This document shows positions 24,601-36,937 of a stretch of 64,000 nucleotides of DNA, one piece after another. Each line of letters opens with the position of its first letter. Position 1 is the stretch's first letter. The translations under genes and the position numbers were made by a program. Below the pieces are notes generated by a model. That model saw nothing but the letters and a program-made list of their open reading frames with translations, was not told the DNA's origin and ran no database searches. This stretch comes from Gekko japonicus (Eukaryota): positions 77,520 through 141,519 of the forward strand of contig NW_015173209.1 of the NCBI RefSeq assembly GCF_001447785.1, written 5' to 3'.

Positions 24601-24699
24601 AATAACAGCAGCAGCAACAACAAAGACAATAGAAGCCCAGCAGAAGAGAATCAAAGTTCCAGAGAATTTTTGCAGTACAAACTGAAGGTGTGGGGGACA

Positions 24700-25600
24700 T
24701 TTTTGCAAGCCAAGAATAACCAGTGCCACCATGGCAGTGCAAACACAACAGGACTAAAATCAAGCCAGATAATCTCAGCAGTAGAAATTGAAGGTGGGGT
24801 GAGGGATTTTCGCAAGTCCAGCAGAACCAGTGCAATGTACAGAGTGCCCAGCAGTACTAGTGCAATCAAAGAATTCCCAGCAGAATCCAGTGCCATTGTG
24901 GCAATATCAGCTCAACAGAAATGCTGTCTAGCACAGAATCACACTCCAAGAAAGTGGGAGGGGGTGGCTTGCAAGCCCAGCAGAACCAGTGCACTGTACT
25001 AGTGTCCCACAGAACCCAGTGCAATTGTGGCAATGCCAGCTCTACAGGACTGATGCAAAGCACAGAATCCAAGCAAGGGGAGGCTTGCAAGCCCAGCACG
25101 ATCAGTTCAGTAAACAGAATACCCAGCAGAACTCAGGGCCACCACAGGAATGCAAGTAAAAGAGGACTTATGGCAAACCAGAGAATCCTTGCAATACAAA
25201 CTGAAGGGCAGCATTTTTCAAGCCCAGCACAGCCCGTTCAGTATACAGAATGCCCAGGAGAACCTAGTGTCACTGTCACATTGCAAGCTTAAAAGGAATG
25301 ATCTCAAAGCACATAGTAACTAATCCAAACTGGGGGGGGGGGTTGTACACCTAGCACAACCAGTTAAAATGTGCAGAATGCCTAGCAGAACCTAGTGCCA
25401 CTGGAATTGCATGCTTAAAAGGACTGATCTCAGAGCACACACTCACAAATCCAAACAATGAGGGGGGGTTGCAATCCCTGCATGACCAGTTACAATGTAC
25501 AGAACTGACCAGTAGAACCCAGGGCCACCTGCATTGCAAGCTTTAAAAAGACTGATCTCAAAGCAAAGAGTCACAAATCCAAATAAAAGGGGTGGGATTT
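24700..25600. repeat. Degenerate tandem array, about 7 units of roughly 105-160 bp
   Basis: Recurrent gcaagcccagcagaaccagt..tgtacaga..cccagcagaacc.agtgcc..aaaaggactgatctc..aatccaaa.gggg. Confidence 0.7.
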
Positions 25601-26264
25601 ATTCCTTTCTAGAGCCCTTTTAAAGCTAATTTCCCCTTAACTGGGTCCAGTTTGGGAAACAGGATAGGGTGTCCTGATTGTGTTCTCAAATTTGCAATTT
25701 CTTTATTAGATGGCATTAGGTAGGTCACTCTCTCTCCCAGTCTGCCTTGGTATAGTAAATAAAAATAGACCTACTTTGAATGGTTATAATAACACTAAAA
25801 AGTATTAATTTTTAACATTTGTGTATGACTTTTAAGGAATCAATTCTCAATTGTCAACAGTGCATATGAAGCACATTGAACATGCACAGAATCATTCTAT
25901 GAATGTGAAGTATTGTCCATTAAACTTTTGTAAATACCACAGCATTGAATTAAGCATTTTTAAACCCCACTGGTATGTAAGGACAGCCTGATATGTGTTC
26001 ATTATGAGAGAAATGTATTCTGCACTTTCTCAGTTATTTATTAGCTCATCAACAGCTTAGTATTTATTCTGGGGATGAAGGCTAGTGAGTTCTGGCACAA
26101 TTGGAGCCCCACGGAACATTCTCTGACATACTGAAGGACAGGGGAATTGCTCTGTTCCAGTGATCTCCTGGAAATTTATAGAACTGTCAGTGATGTCAGA
26201 TGGATTTCCTCAATGAGTTTAGCTTTCTGTATCATGGATATTCTGAATCTCACTTGTTTTCCTT

Positions 26265-27215
26265 TTATTTTCTGTCAAATAAAGTCAGAGTTGTGCTTTG
26301 GAATACACTCCTGAATGCTTCTTTCACCTCAGTATTCCGAAGTGTGTAAATGAAAGGATTTAACAAGGGTGTGACAATAGTATTTAAGAGGGTGACTATT
26401 TTGCTCAGTTCCAAGGAGTTCTGCTTGAAAGGTATGACATGCAGGAAAATGGTGGAACCATACCATATAAGGACCACTGTGAGATGGGAGGAACAGGTAG
26501 AAAAAGCCCGTTGCCGACCTTGAGCAGATGAGATCTTTAATATTGTGGTGATGATATAAATATAGGATATCAAGGTTGTGACACAAGAGCCCAGGATAAC
26601 AATAAAGGCAATAAGAAACCACACAACGTCAATTGTGTAAGTGTCAGTACAGGAAAGAACTACCCAAGGCTCAATGTCACAGAAGAAATGATTGATAACA
26701 TTGGAGTCACAGAAAGACAACCTGGTAATAAGGAAAGCTGGCAAAGAAATGACTAGGAAGCCACATATCCAAGAGCCAAAAGCCATTTGGAGAGACAAAG
26801 TTTTGGACATGATGGTGTTATAATGCAGTGGGTGACATATGGCCGAATAGCGGTCATAAGCCATGACGGCAAGCAGAAAATATTCTGTACATCCCAAGGA
26901 GAAAACAAAGTACATTTGTGTGATGCACCCTATGAAGGTGATGGTTTGATCCTGGGACACAAGGATTGCTAAAGTCTTGGGAACCAAGGCAGTCGTATAC
27001 CATATCTCTAGGAAGGAAAGATTGCAGAGGAAGAAGTACATGGGAGTGTGCAGTCGTTGTGTGCTCTTCACCAAAGCTATGATGGCCACATTTCCAGAGA
27101 TTGTGAGTATATACATAATGAAGAAGAACATGAAAAGGAAGCTCTTCATTTCAAGAGACCCAGGGAATCCCAGAAGGATAAATTCCTTCACACTGGAGTC
27201 ATTTCTGTCATTCAT
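26265..27215 (-). CDS. OR6F1-like: Olfactory receptor OR6F1-like, intact, 316 aa
   Basis: True ATG at 27215 (track start is TTG); QMYFVFSLGCTEYFLLA, HFFCDIEPW, VVLIWYGST.FLHV, LNTIVTP.LNPFIYTLRN closely resemble OR6F1. Confidence 0.95.
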   Translation of the reverse strand: MNDRNDSSVKEFILLGFPGSLEMKSFLFMFFFIMYILTISGNVAIIALVKSTQRLHTPMYFFLCNLSFLEIWYTTALVPKTLAILVSQDQTITFIGCITQMYFVFSLGCTEYFLLAVMAYDRYSAICHPLHYNTIMSKTLSLQMAFGSWICGFLVISLPAFLITRLSFCDSNVINHFFCDIEPWVVLSCTDTYTIDVVWFLIAFIVILGSCVTTLISYIYIITTILKISSAQGRQRAFSTCSSHLTVVLIWYGSTIFLHVIPFKQNSLELSKIVTLLNTIVTPLLNPFIYTLRNTEVKEAFRSVFQSTTLTLFDRK

Positions 27216-28714
27216 CCGAGTAGGTTTACCTGTCAAAACGTCATGAAAACCAGCTGCTTAGGAATTAGGTTAATTATGTTATAAAATTATTTGTATTCCA
27301 AGAAACACACAAAAATCTACCATAAACTAAGTGATTTAAAAATAAAAATATAACCCTAATATATATGTGTTATTACATAATATTGCTATTTACGTTTCTA
27401 TAGAACATAAGAATTGAGGAAGGTAAAAAGATGAGTCCTTATTTTCAAGTTATTGTTCCCATGCTTTTCTATATCAATCATCCCCCATGTGAAATGTGCA
27501 GATTTCTCTACAGGATTTGTGGGTTAATAATATAGTACTATACACTGGGGGTGAATCCTACCACCTTTTCTTCTCAGTGTTGCTTGACTCCCTTCTTCAC
27601 TGCAGTTTCCATTTCATATGGATTTTGTCTACCTGAATCCCATTATTCCTGACAAAGTCTACAAAGTCTTCAAATTACACCTGAATTCAAATTACATCAG
27701 AATTCTAGAAAAGTGAAACAAAACATAAAGATTCCAAAGGAAGCTTTGGAAACATATCAATCTTTATGCAAACAAAAATCTAAGAACTTCTTTAATTATC
27801 CCTTTTAAGTTAATTTGATTTAACAGTGCCAAACCATCACTATACTATCAGTAATTATAAATAAACAGAATAACAAACTTACCATTTCACAGTTGTGAAT
27901 AAATGAATGAAAATGAAATTCGGGATTCTATTCCAAATATTTTTTTACAAAAAAAAAATTCTAGATAGGTAAAGGATGGTAAAAGGTATGTTGTATAACT
28001 ATCTTTACAAAAAGCGGTACTTTTCCACAAATTCTATGAAATACATGGTTTCCCAATAAGCAACACTTTCTAATAAAAAGTAACCACTTCAATACAGAAC
28101 ATGGATAATCCATTCTGTCAGTATTTCAGCATCTGATACCACAAATTTCAAACTTCATACACTTTGGCAGTGAATCCTTTTCTTTGACTGCAATCTCCCA
28201 GAAGACATCCATCCAGAGAGATTTATTATCTCTCAGTAAATATAGTGTTTGTTCCTTGTTTTATCATTAAACCACAAGAGGAGTTACTCTCTATTTATTG
28301 TAACAAAGATGTGGTGCCGGGGTGAGGTTTCAAGGAACATGCTTTTTACTCCCTTAGGAAGATGAGTATTCTTACTCAAAAACTCCCATACATTTACTTT
28401 AGTCCATTTCCCCTTTGGGGTGATCTGTACATGCCTGATGTACACGAGATAAGAAAGAAAGTATAGTTAAGTAAATACTAGTCATACTTCGGGGCATTTT
28501 AACATACAAATTGTGTCACTGGGAAGATTGATGAAAAGTAAAGTATAAATGAATATTTAAAAACCTGTTATCTTTGGCATGTCAAAGCTCAGTTGAATCC
28601 ATCCAGCTTTTCTGTTGGCGGAAAAGAGCAATTAAAAGGGTATGTTGGGGACCACATGACCTGCATTGACCAAAAGCCTAGCATAGAACTATGGGCCGGA
28701 TTCTCCCTATGGCA

Positions 28715-28845
28715 AGCATGACTACTGATTTTATATGTTTTAATGTGTTTTAAATTGTATTGTACTTATTAAAAAGTTGTAACCCACCCTGAGCCCATTT
28801 ATGGGATGCGTGGATACAAATGCGAAAGATAAATAAATAAATAAA
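28715..28845 (+). mobile_element. L2-type 3' end remnant
   Basis: aacccaccctgagccc...(TAAA)n. Confidence 0.55.
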
Positions 28846-30144
28846 AGTAAAAGTTTCCTGCTTTTATTCTCAAATTTGACATCAATTCGCTTAGTGGCAT
28901 TAGGCAGGTCACTCTCTCCTAGGCTGCTAGAGTTTGACAAATTTATTTTAAAATAAGTTTCTATATCACCGGTCAAACTTCAATTTTCAATGATCAGCAG
29001 CATATGTGAAGCCCTTTGAACAGGCACAGGATCTCTGTATGAATGCAAAGTTTCATTCATCCAACAACGTACCTTGCTGTTTATGACTTTTGCTGTGGAA
29101 ACAGTAATCAAGAAGAAGAATGTAACAATGTGGCACAGAGTTAAGGACTTTTAAGTCCCACTGATCTCAAGTCCGGGTGCTCCCGCAGAGGCAGAGCCAC
29201 ACCCACAATCCCTGTTGGAGCACAGGTGCCCAGGAGTGGACCCACATCCATTGCCAGACCTGCCTCCAGACTTACCTTGGAGTCACAGGATACTCACTTG
29301 GGAACCCACAGTGCCAAGAACAGGGAAGTTCACAAGGGCAATGGCAACAAAGGTAACTTCTGCAACAGCAGCAACACAGTATGGGCCCTTTAAGGCCCCA
29401 ACTCAACCATATCTTCTGGCTGCCAGGACAGCAGCAGCAAGAAGGGGGAATGGTACATCAGTAGTGCAGTATGGGCCCTGCTTCAATTACTGCCTACAGT
29501 TGCTTGCAGTTTAGCCAGGACAATGGGGAGGGGAGGCTGCAGGGGTGGCCCAAGATTCCCCTGAGGTCTCATGGGACTGCTAGTTCTAGCAAGAGTTCAG
29601 GGGAGTTTACAGAGCATGTGCAGCCTGCTGCACTAGCTTCATAAAGGGCTTAGAAGCAGGAGGTGGCTGGGTTCTCTCTCCAGGTTGCATAAGAGAGACC
29701 CAGTGGACAGGTACAAGAACCAGGTACTATAAATCCCCTCCCCTCTTCTATTTGGAGGCCCTGTAAGCCCAAGCAGGACAGAAAAGAGGGTGATGGGTAA
29801 GGGAGCCGCTGAGGGAAGGGACACGGAGGCCCTTGAACCCCACAACAGGATGCTGACTATGGCCATAATGAGTCACTCCCTCCCCCACACCCAATCACCC
29901 CCCAGCACTACGTAAACTCCAACCCGGGGTGCAGCACAGGACATTGTCTCTGCCAGGCTTACTTAGAGAGTGTAGTGTTTCACTTCCATTGTGGGAGAGG
30001 CACAGAGTGGGCACTTAGCACTGCTGGGGAGCATTAGCACCCAAGGGGTGGGAGCAAAGTCCATGCTGTAGGGCTAACAGGTTTCATTTCAGCACTTTAA
30101 CATGTTCCCCATCTTAGGAGGCCCAAAGTGAAGGGGTAATGGCA

Positions 30145-30574
30145 CAATGAAAGGTGAACAGGAGCAGGAATCCAGCTGCCTTGGCCTGGGGGTGCTCACA
30201 TGCCTCCCCTGTTCCCCTTGCTTGTGCCTGGGTGCCACCCTAGCAATGCTGGCTCCCACAACCAAGGCCACTGGCATTTTCATTTGGTGAGCAGAATCAG
30301 GACCGAGTACCATTACCCCTGTCACATAAGGGACATATTTGCAGGGAAGTATACCTGGGCAATGAAAGGTGAACAGGAGCAGGAATCCAGCTGCCTTGGC
30401 CTGGGGGTCCTCACATGCTTCCCCTGTTCCCCTTGCTTGTGCCTGTGTGCCACCCTAGCAATGCTGGCTCCCACAACCAAGGCCACTGGCGTTTTCATTT
30501 GGTGAGCAGAATCAGGACCGAGTACCATTACCCCTGTCACACAAGGGTCATATTTGCAGGGAAGTACACCTGGA
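30145..30574. repeat. Tandem duplication, 215-bp period, 2 copies
   Basis: caatgaaaggtgaacaggagcagg...acctgg at 30145 and 30360, few substitutions. Confidence 0.92.
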
Positions 30575-30824
30575 AGGGTTGCCTGTTGCCAGGACAGGGG
30601 CATAGACAGCTCTGCATCGGGCTGTTAGCACACTCATTTGAGAAAGCACCCCTCCTGCCAAGTGTTTCAGGGAGCCTGGCAACTTGAATCAGCATTTTCA
30701 TACAATATCTCTTAGCTTTCTTCCTCACTACAGTTCTTGGCCCATAAGGATTTTGTTCCTGAGCAGTTTTTACTACAAATACTGGACTGAGGGTGTGTGT
30801 TTCTTTAAAGTTTCTCATATCTCT

Positions 30825-31262
30825 GGTCCCAGTCACAGAAGTGAGATAATCCGGGGGCGAAGCGAGGCTTTTTGCTCCGGAGCAAATGAAGTGCAGTATC
30901 GCGATCAAACATTTCCCCCGAGGCTCTGTGTTCAGGCTGTCAGCCGTGATCACATGTTGATGGTGAAGCATGGCAAAGAAAGGAGGCAGTTCAGCAGTAC
31001 TGCATTTGTGCACATGTGCAGCTCCATTTTTGTGCGCATACCACCAGATGTGATGGGATACCAGCACTTCCGCGATTGGATGCCCACCCACGCCCCGTGT
31101 TTTCCAGAAACTAGTGCACTTTCCCTGGTGTCTTTTAACTCCTCTTCTTCGGCTGGGCAATATGGGTTGCCGACAGGTGTGGGACACTTGCCAGATGTTT
31201 TTGTGTGATCGCACCCTTAATTCGTCCCTATTGCGCGGCTAATTCTGCATGTGACCATGACC
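30825..31262. mobile_element. Probable Harbinger-like MITE
   Basis: Imperfect TIRs ggtcccagtcaca / tgtgaccatgacc; CpG-rich interior. Confidence 0.5.
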
Positions 31263-31680
31263 TGTGACTACAGATACAGGGGTTTGGGGGACGTTTTGAA
31301 TTATTTTGGCACACAAAGATACATGGTTGTTTTTAATATTTTAAAAAAAACACTCATGTATACATGCATGCAAAAAACATGCAACCCCCCACCCAATTCA
31401 CCTTTGATGGTTTTAAAGGGGGGAACAGAGCAGTCTAAAAGTTATGAGTTGTATCATTGGCTATAGATTGCTTAAAATTAGCTTGCTTAAAATTAGTTAT
31501 GTCTCATGTTGCTAAAATCTCATGTTTTTTTCTTTGTTTGATCTTCAGCATTGGGACATTTGAGATAAGTTAGTGACATCAATGCAAGCACAAAAGGAAC
31601 CATAAAAATCAAATATGGAAACTTTGAGAGGAATTATTTTTCAAAACATGACAAAATCTTTGGAGATGAAATAACAAAGC

Positions 31681-31980
31681 ACCTGAAGGACTAATGAACA
31701 TATTATGGGAGAAATGAATCCTCAGGGAAACTTGTGCTATAATAACAGTTCTTCCCTCTACCTTCTATATCTTAATTCAAAACAATTGTGTAGGAGAATG
31801 TCTGTCCTATAGTAAGTGATCCAATCAACCCAGAATATTTGGAAACAGAGAGAGGATTGGGATATATGAGTTCTGTGGATGAATGGATGGATGAGTGAAT
31901 GAGTGATAGAATACAATCAAAGCATACCAATCATTGGCATTTTACACCTAGAAAATGAAGGAGCAAACAGTTGGTAAGTG
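31681..31980 (+). promoter_or_regulatory. Candidate promoter and non-coding first exon of the OR at 35975
   Basis: TAATGA at 31692, TCCTCAGGGA at 31719, TATAAT at 31738, donor G|GTAAGT at 31974; paralogous to about 52180-52240. Confidence 0.5.
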
Positions 31981-32609
31981 GCTCCATTTCCTTGTGTTTC
32001 TGTACCTACGTAGTTTAGAATGGTTAAAACCTTTCATATTTTAATCCAACAGAAGATACTGCTCTGTCTAGCTTGTTGCTATTTCCTCTGAGCATTTATT
32101 CAGAAAGTTAAGCATTTACTGGAAAAGAGGAGGAATTGTTAAGATGACGAAATGACATATTTAGTAGGCAACTCATCCCATTTGAAACCAAATCTGATAC
32201 TGACAAATGTTAATAGGTCTTTATTTCATGATCCACAAAGCTGAATGTAGCACATTGGCCTTATATGATATGATTCCATAATAGACTGACATTTCCACTC
32301 CACTAAGGAATTTTACCTTAGTCTACCTTGATGGCCCACATGTTCAACATGAACCCAACAAAGCTAAACAAAGACTACCAACTATGTCCTAGACTATGCT
32401 GGTTGCTTGACAATTCTGAGTTGGATCCAGCCAGATTTTTACTCAAATTTTCCCAATACTCACCTCCTTACTACAGCCCCCATTTCTGGTTTAGAAGTTC
32501 CAGGATCACACTACACTTCTCTAAAATTAATGCAAGAATGTGTATATAGTTTTAAATTAATTAATATGGAATGGACACAAATCAGGTAAGTAAAATGAGA
32601 ATATTAGCT

Positions 32610-32710
32610 GCTGTAGATTTTCTGGGTTGCATGGCTGTGGTCTTGGCATTGTAGGACCTGATGTTTTGTCAGTAGCTGTGACTGGCATCTTCAGTGGTAT
32701 ATCACAGAAA
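32610..32710. mobile_element. Penelope-like terminal fragment
   Basis: gctgtagattttctgggttgcatggctgtgg...ctgatgtttt...ggcatcttcag. Confidence 0.55.
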
Positions 32711-32774
32711 GATGGAGTACTCTCTGTGTCAAAGTATGAGGATAGTTAGGATAGAGAGAAAAAGGACACATTAA

Positions 32775-32985
32775 ACAAGCCAGTATCTGAGAGATCCATA
32801 TTTAGACCCTGACTCTACCATGGAAGTTCACAAGGTGATCTTGTGCCAGTAACATTCAGCTAATCTACCTCACAGGGTTGTTGAGAGTATAAAATGAGTA
32901 GTGGAGAATGAGGTTGTACACTGTTTTGCATTCACAACTGGAGAAAAAAGTGAGGGATGAATATCAAAATGAATAAATGAATAAA
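32775..32985 (+). mobile_element. Old MIR/Ther1-like SINE
   Basis: ctaatctacctcacagggttgttgagag core, (AATAAATG) tail. Confidence 0.55.
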
Positions 32986-33296
32986 AGTTAGTGGTTCGAT
33001 CCCACCTGATTTTTGCTTGTGTCTGATCTAAAATTCTGATGCTATTTCACTTCTTTTATGTGATTAGATATAACAGGAGCTAATAAATGATAATTTACTA
33101 TAATAAGACAGATAAGGGGAATGTCTCTACTGTATTTAGTGAGAGATAAATTTAGTGAGAGGTAAAGAGAAAGTCTGAATGGTGTTTATTTATCTAATAC
33201 ATTTTTATTCTACCCTACATCCAAAGAGCTCAAGTCAACTGACAAAACACTCCCTTTCTCCATTGTATATACACAATTGATTTGTGCTATAATCAT

Positions 33297-33473
33297 GGGT
33301 TGGATCCAGCCTTCCGTTTTGTTCAGTCTCTCCCAACTCTCCCAAGTGCACCCTCCATCTCACATGGTTTCTGTCAATGCAGGTCCCATGATCTCAGTAT
33401 AGTCTATTGGGGTGACTTGAAGGGGAACCTTGCTTTCTTTTTCACCGGCACGAAAGGTGGTTGGATCCAATCC
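33297..33473. mobile_element. MITE, GGGTTGGATCCA-TIR family
   Basis: gggttggatccagcc / ggttggatccaatcc. Confidence 0.65.
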
Positions 33474-33845
33474 TATAGTTCCCTTTAATATTGCTTGCAA
33501 GTTCTACTTGATTTCCTTAGTCAAAATCAAGTTCTTAGTTCTTTTTAACTTTTTAAACATCTTTAACCTTTCTAGTCCTGACCAAACAAAAAACAACTCC
33601 CATACTTGGTTTTCACATCCATTCCTGAAATCAGGTTCACCATCCCATACTAGTTCATAATGCAGGTGAAAGTGGGCAAACTCGATGTTTGCTAAAACAT
33701 CCATTTTACATCTTAGGATGGGAACTTCACCATATGACAAGAGGAACATATAGATCAGCCTTGAGCGTTTGAAGTTTCTTCTTTGCCTGCTCTTTTCGTG
33801 GTGATCTCCTGTTAAAGCAATGCAACACTCCCATATTCAAGCATC

Positions 33846-34372
33846 ATTTTATTTATTTGTTTATTATTTTATATGTTTAATCTGTATCCCGCCCTCCCTG
33901 CCATGGCAGGCTCAGGGCGGCTTACAGAATATATATAAATATTAAAACAACAAGATATGTTAACACAGAGAAGTTAGATTAAAATCACAGCATATAAAAT
34001 TTAGGTTTTAGGAACATAATACATAAATATTAATAAAAAATGGTGACATTCTCTCAACATGCAGGTGGTCAACTACCACCATAATCCGGGTTCTTGCCAG
34101 GCTGTTAGTTGTTAAGTTAGTGCTGATGTTGGGACCAGGGCCACAATATTAAAAGGCAGCACCCTAATCAAAAGCCTGGTGGAAGAGCTCCATTTTACAG
34201 ACCCTGCGGAACTGTAAAAGGTCCTGCAGGGCCTGATGTAATCCGGGAGCTCATTCCACCAGTTAGGGGCTGCCACAGAAAAGTCCCTGGCCCTCATCAC
34301 AGCTAGCCTGGCGTCTTTAGGGCCTGGGAGAGTCAGACAGTTTTGGGACCCCGATCTTAGTGCTCTCCCAAG
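33846..34372 (-). mobile_element. L2-clade LINE 3' fragment
   Basis: RARDFSVAAPNWWNELP C-terminal ORF2 motif plus matching 3' tail. Confidence 0.85.
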
Positions 34373-34691
34373 TAAACCTGACTTTCCCTAGAAGATAACC
34401 CTCTTCCAGTATAAAAAAGCTTCCTCCCCCAGAGAAACGATCCGACTTAGCAGGGTGGAACACAACCCTGTTTGTACAAATCTCATATACATCATGCAAA
34501 AACAGAAAAAAGCTGGAAAAACAAAGAGTAGACACTGTTGATTAAAATATATATGAATGAATATAAAAATAAACTAAATAGGAAGCATTTATTCACCCCA
34601 AATGATCAGCCATTCTTGATATAAATTATCTTGCATTGTTTTATTATAATAAAAATCCAATGGCATTTTAAAGACTGACAACATTTTAACA

Positions 34692-35290
34692 CCTTCCGGC
34701 CATGCACGAGACAGCCCAAGCATGCCTCGTGGGGGCCGCGTTTGCCTCCTCATGAGGAGGAATCAGGAAGGTGGCTGCGGTGGAGCCTTAGCTCCAACAG
34801 GGGGAGCGGAGTCTGTGTAGCCTTAATAGGCTTGCTCCGCTCTCTCCCCAGCCAGTCCTTTAGGTTTAAATAGAGTTCAGCGGCTAGCAAGCACCAATTA
34901 ATAACCCCTGGTGAGGGTAGAGGGGTCTGTGGGACCAACCTTGTAGCTGTGCGGCCTGGGTGAAGCTTGCAGACCGCCTATGGGGATGGTCACGACCGAG
35001 ACTCAGCGCTGGCCATGTGGTGGTGTTTGAGGGCTACTGAGGGTGCATCCCAATCTTGGCTCGGCCGGGTTTGTAAGCGACTTACGCTTGGCTCCATCCC
35101 GGGGGGCCGTGGTGTCTTGCCGTTCATATGGTTTGAGGATGGGAGTCAAAGCGACGCCAGGCCTGGCCATGCCGCTGTTTTCATAGTTGCCCTTTGCCGT
35201 TAAGTTAAAAAGTTAATAATTTAATAAAGTGGCCTTATTTCATCCAACCTTGTTATCTGACTGTTTCTTCCGTCTGGGGGGGCAATAACA
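34692..35290 (+). mobile_element. LTR-like or unclassified repeat
   Basis: GC/CpG-rich island with TTTAAATA (about 34864), AATAAA (35223) and terminal ..AACA; no TSD found. Confidence 0.4.
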
Positions 35291-35974
35291 TCTTTAAGTA
35301 GTCACTGGTCTTTTGTTTTATTTTGTTGTAACAGACTAATGCTGCAACCCCCTGGCAATCATCTTATTCAGCCTTCTCATGATCTCAATAACACCAAACC
35401 TTTCAGAAAAGAGAAAGCATTGCCTCTGATTTCTGTGAACCTCCTAGCACACTCACCCTCCCTTTTTTAAAATGTTATTTCTCCACACTGATAAGGTCTA
35501 CAAATTGTAAATTTATGAACCACCTTTTCACAAAATGATGATGAGCACATCATCAGATACAAAGATATTGGCACACTTCACGCAAATAATCTTTACTAAT
35601 AATACTTTGCAACTGGTTGGATCCAACCACGTTTCCTGTTGCAGGGCAGAGGGGCCCTTTCTGACTGCCATAATGGCTCTCCTGGGGCTCACCGGGATCT
35701 GCACAGACAAGGCAGATGAAGGTTGCAGTGAGCAGAGGAATCAGGTGAGATAAAAAGAAAAAGCTTGTAAGATCGAATCCTATTTTTTTTAAAAAAGTAT
35801 GGAATTTGCAAATGTTTTGGATTTGGAAAACACAGAGGCTGTTCTGGAAGCCATTCTGCAGCCAACCACTTTACCTGAGCATGATAATTTTGTTTACGGT
35901 AATGAATTTTAATTCATGGTGACACTTCCTGTAAGTTCATTCAATGTTTTGTTTCAGCAGATGCAAGAAAGCAG

Positions 35975-36937
35975 ATGGGGGAATACACAGCAGGAAGACC
36001 AAATGAAACAAATTTTGTGGAATTCATCCTCATGGGCTTCCCTGGGTCTGTGTATTTACAGGTGTCCATGTTCAGCCTCTTTCTTATTATGTACATCCTG
36101 ACAGTTTTTGGAAATGCCTCCATCGTTATTCTGCTGATAACTAACCGACGTCTCCACACACCCATGTATTTCTTCCTTTGCAATCTTTCTTTCTTAGAGG
36201 TATGGTATACAACAGCTTCGATTCCTAAGATCCTTGCCATTTTCCTGGGAAAGAGCAGAAGCATCTCTTTCACTGCCTGTGTCCTGCAGTTGTATTTTGT
36301 TTATTCCTTGGGGACTACGGAACAATTCCTGCTCTCTGTCATGGCTTATGACCGATATTTGGCCATATGCCACCCCCTGCACTACAATACAATTATGGAC
36401 ATCAGCCTCTCTGGCAAAATGGCATTTGGTTCTTGGCTATGTGCTTTCTTTGTTGTTTCTATACCTGCTGTTATGATTTCAAGGTTGTCCTTTTGTGAGT
36501 CCAATGTGATCAACAATTTTTACTGCAGCATTGATTCGTGGATAGTTCTGTCCTGCACAGACACCTATGCCATCGAGACAGCCTGTTTCGTCATAGCCAT
36601 CTTTGTCAGCATTGGCTCCTGTATGATAACCTTCCTTTCCTACATATTCATTATCATTACTATCCTGCGCATTCCTTCCACCAAAGGACGACAAAAGGCC
36701 TTTTCCACATGTTCCTCCCATCTTGCCATCTTGCTTCTTTGGTATGGTTCAGCCATCTTTTTATTTGTCAAGCCTTCTAAACAGACCTCTTTAGAGATGA
36801 CTAAAATAGTGAATGTCCTGAACACTATTGTGACTCCATTGCTGAACCCTTTCATCTACACACTAAGAAATAAAGAAGTAAAGGATGCATTCAGACATTC
36901 ATTGCAGTGGAGATGTCACAAAATACACATGGTATGA
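35975..36937 (+). CDS. OR6F1-like: Olfactory receptor OR6F1-like, intact, 320 aa
   Basis: LHTPMYFFL, MAYDRYLAICHPLHY, KAFSTCSSHL, LNTIVTPLLNPFIYTLRNKEV; NET sequon. Confidence 0.95.
   Translation: MGEYTAGRPNETNFVEFILMGFPGSVYLQVSMFSLFLIMYILTVFGNASIVILLITNRRLHTPMYFFLCNLSFLEVWYTTASIPKILAIFLGKSRSISFTACVLQLYFVYSLGTTEQFLLSVMAYDRYLAICHPLHYNTIMDISLSGKMAFGSWLCAFFVVSIPAVMISRLSFCESNVINNFYCSIDSWIVLSCTDTYAIETACFVIAIFVSIGSCMITFLSYIFIIITILRIPSTKGRQKAFSTCSSHLAILLLWYGSAIFLFVKPSKQTSLEMTKIVNVLNTIVTPLLNPFIYTLRNKEVKDAFRHSLQWRCHKIHMV

Noticed and set aside
24700-25600. CRISPR-like array
   Set aside because: Vertebrate DNA; units are degenerate along their whole length, with no constant repeat/unique spacer pattern and no cas genes
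30537-31214. 225-aa and 174-aa ORFs
   Set aside because: Span a MITE and flanking DNA; no protein motifs
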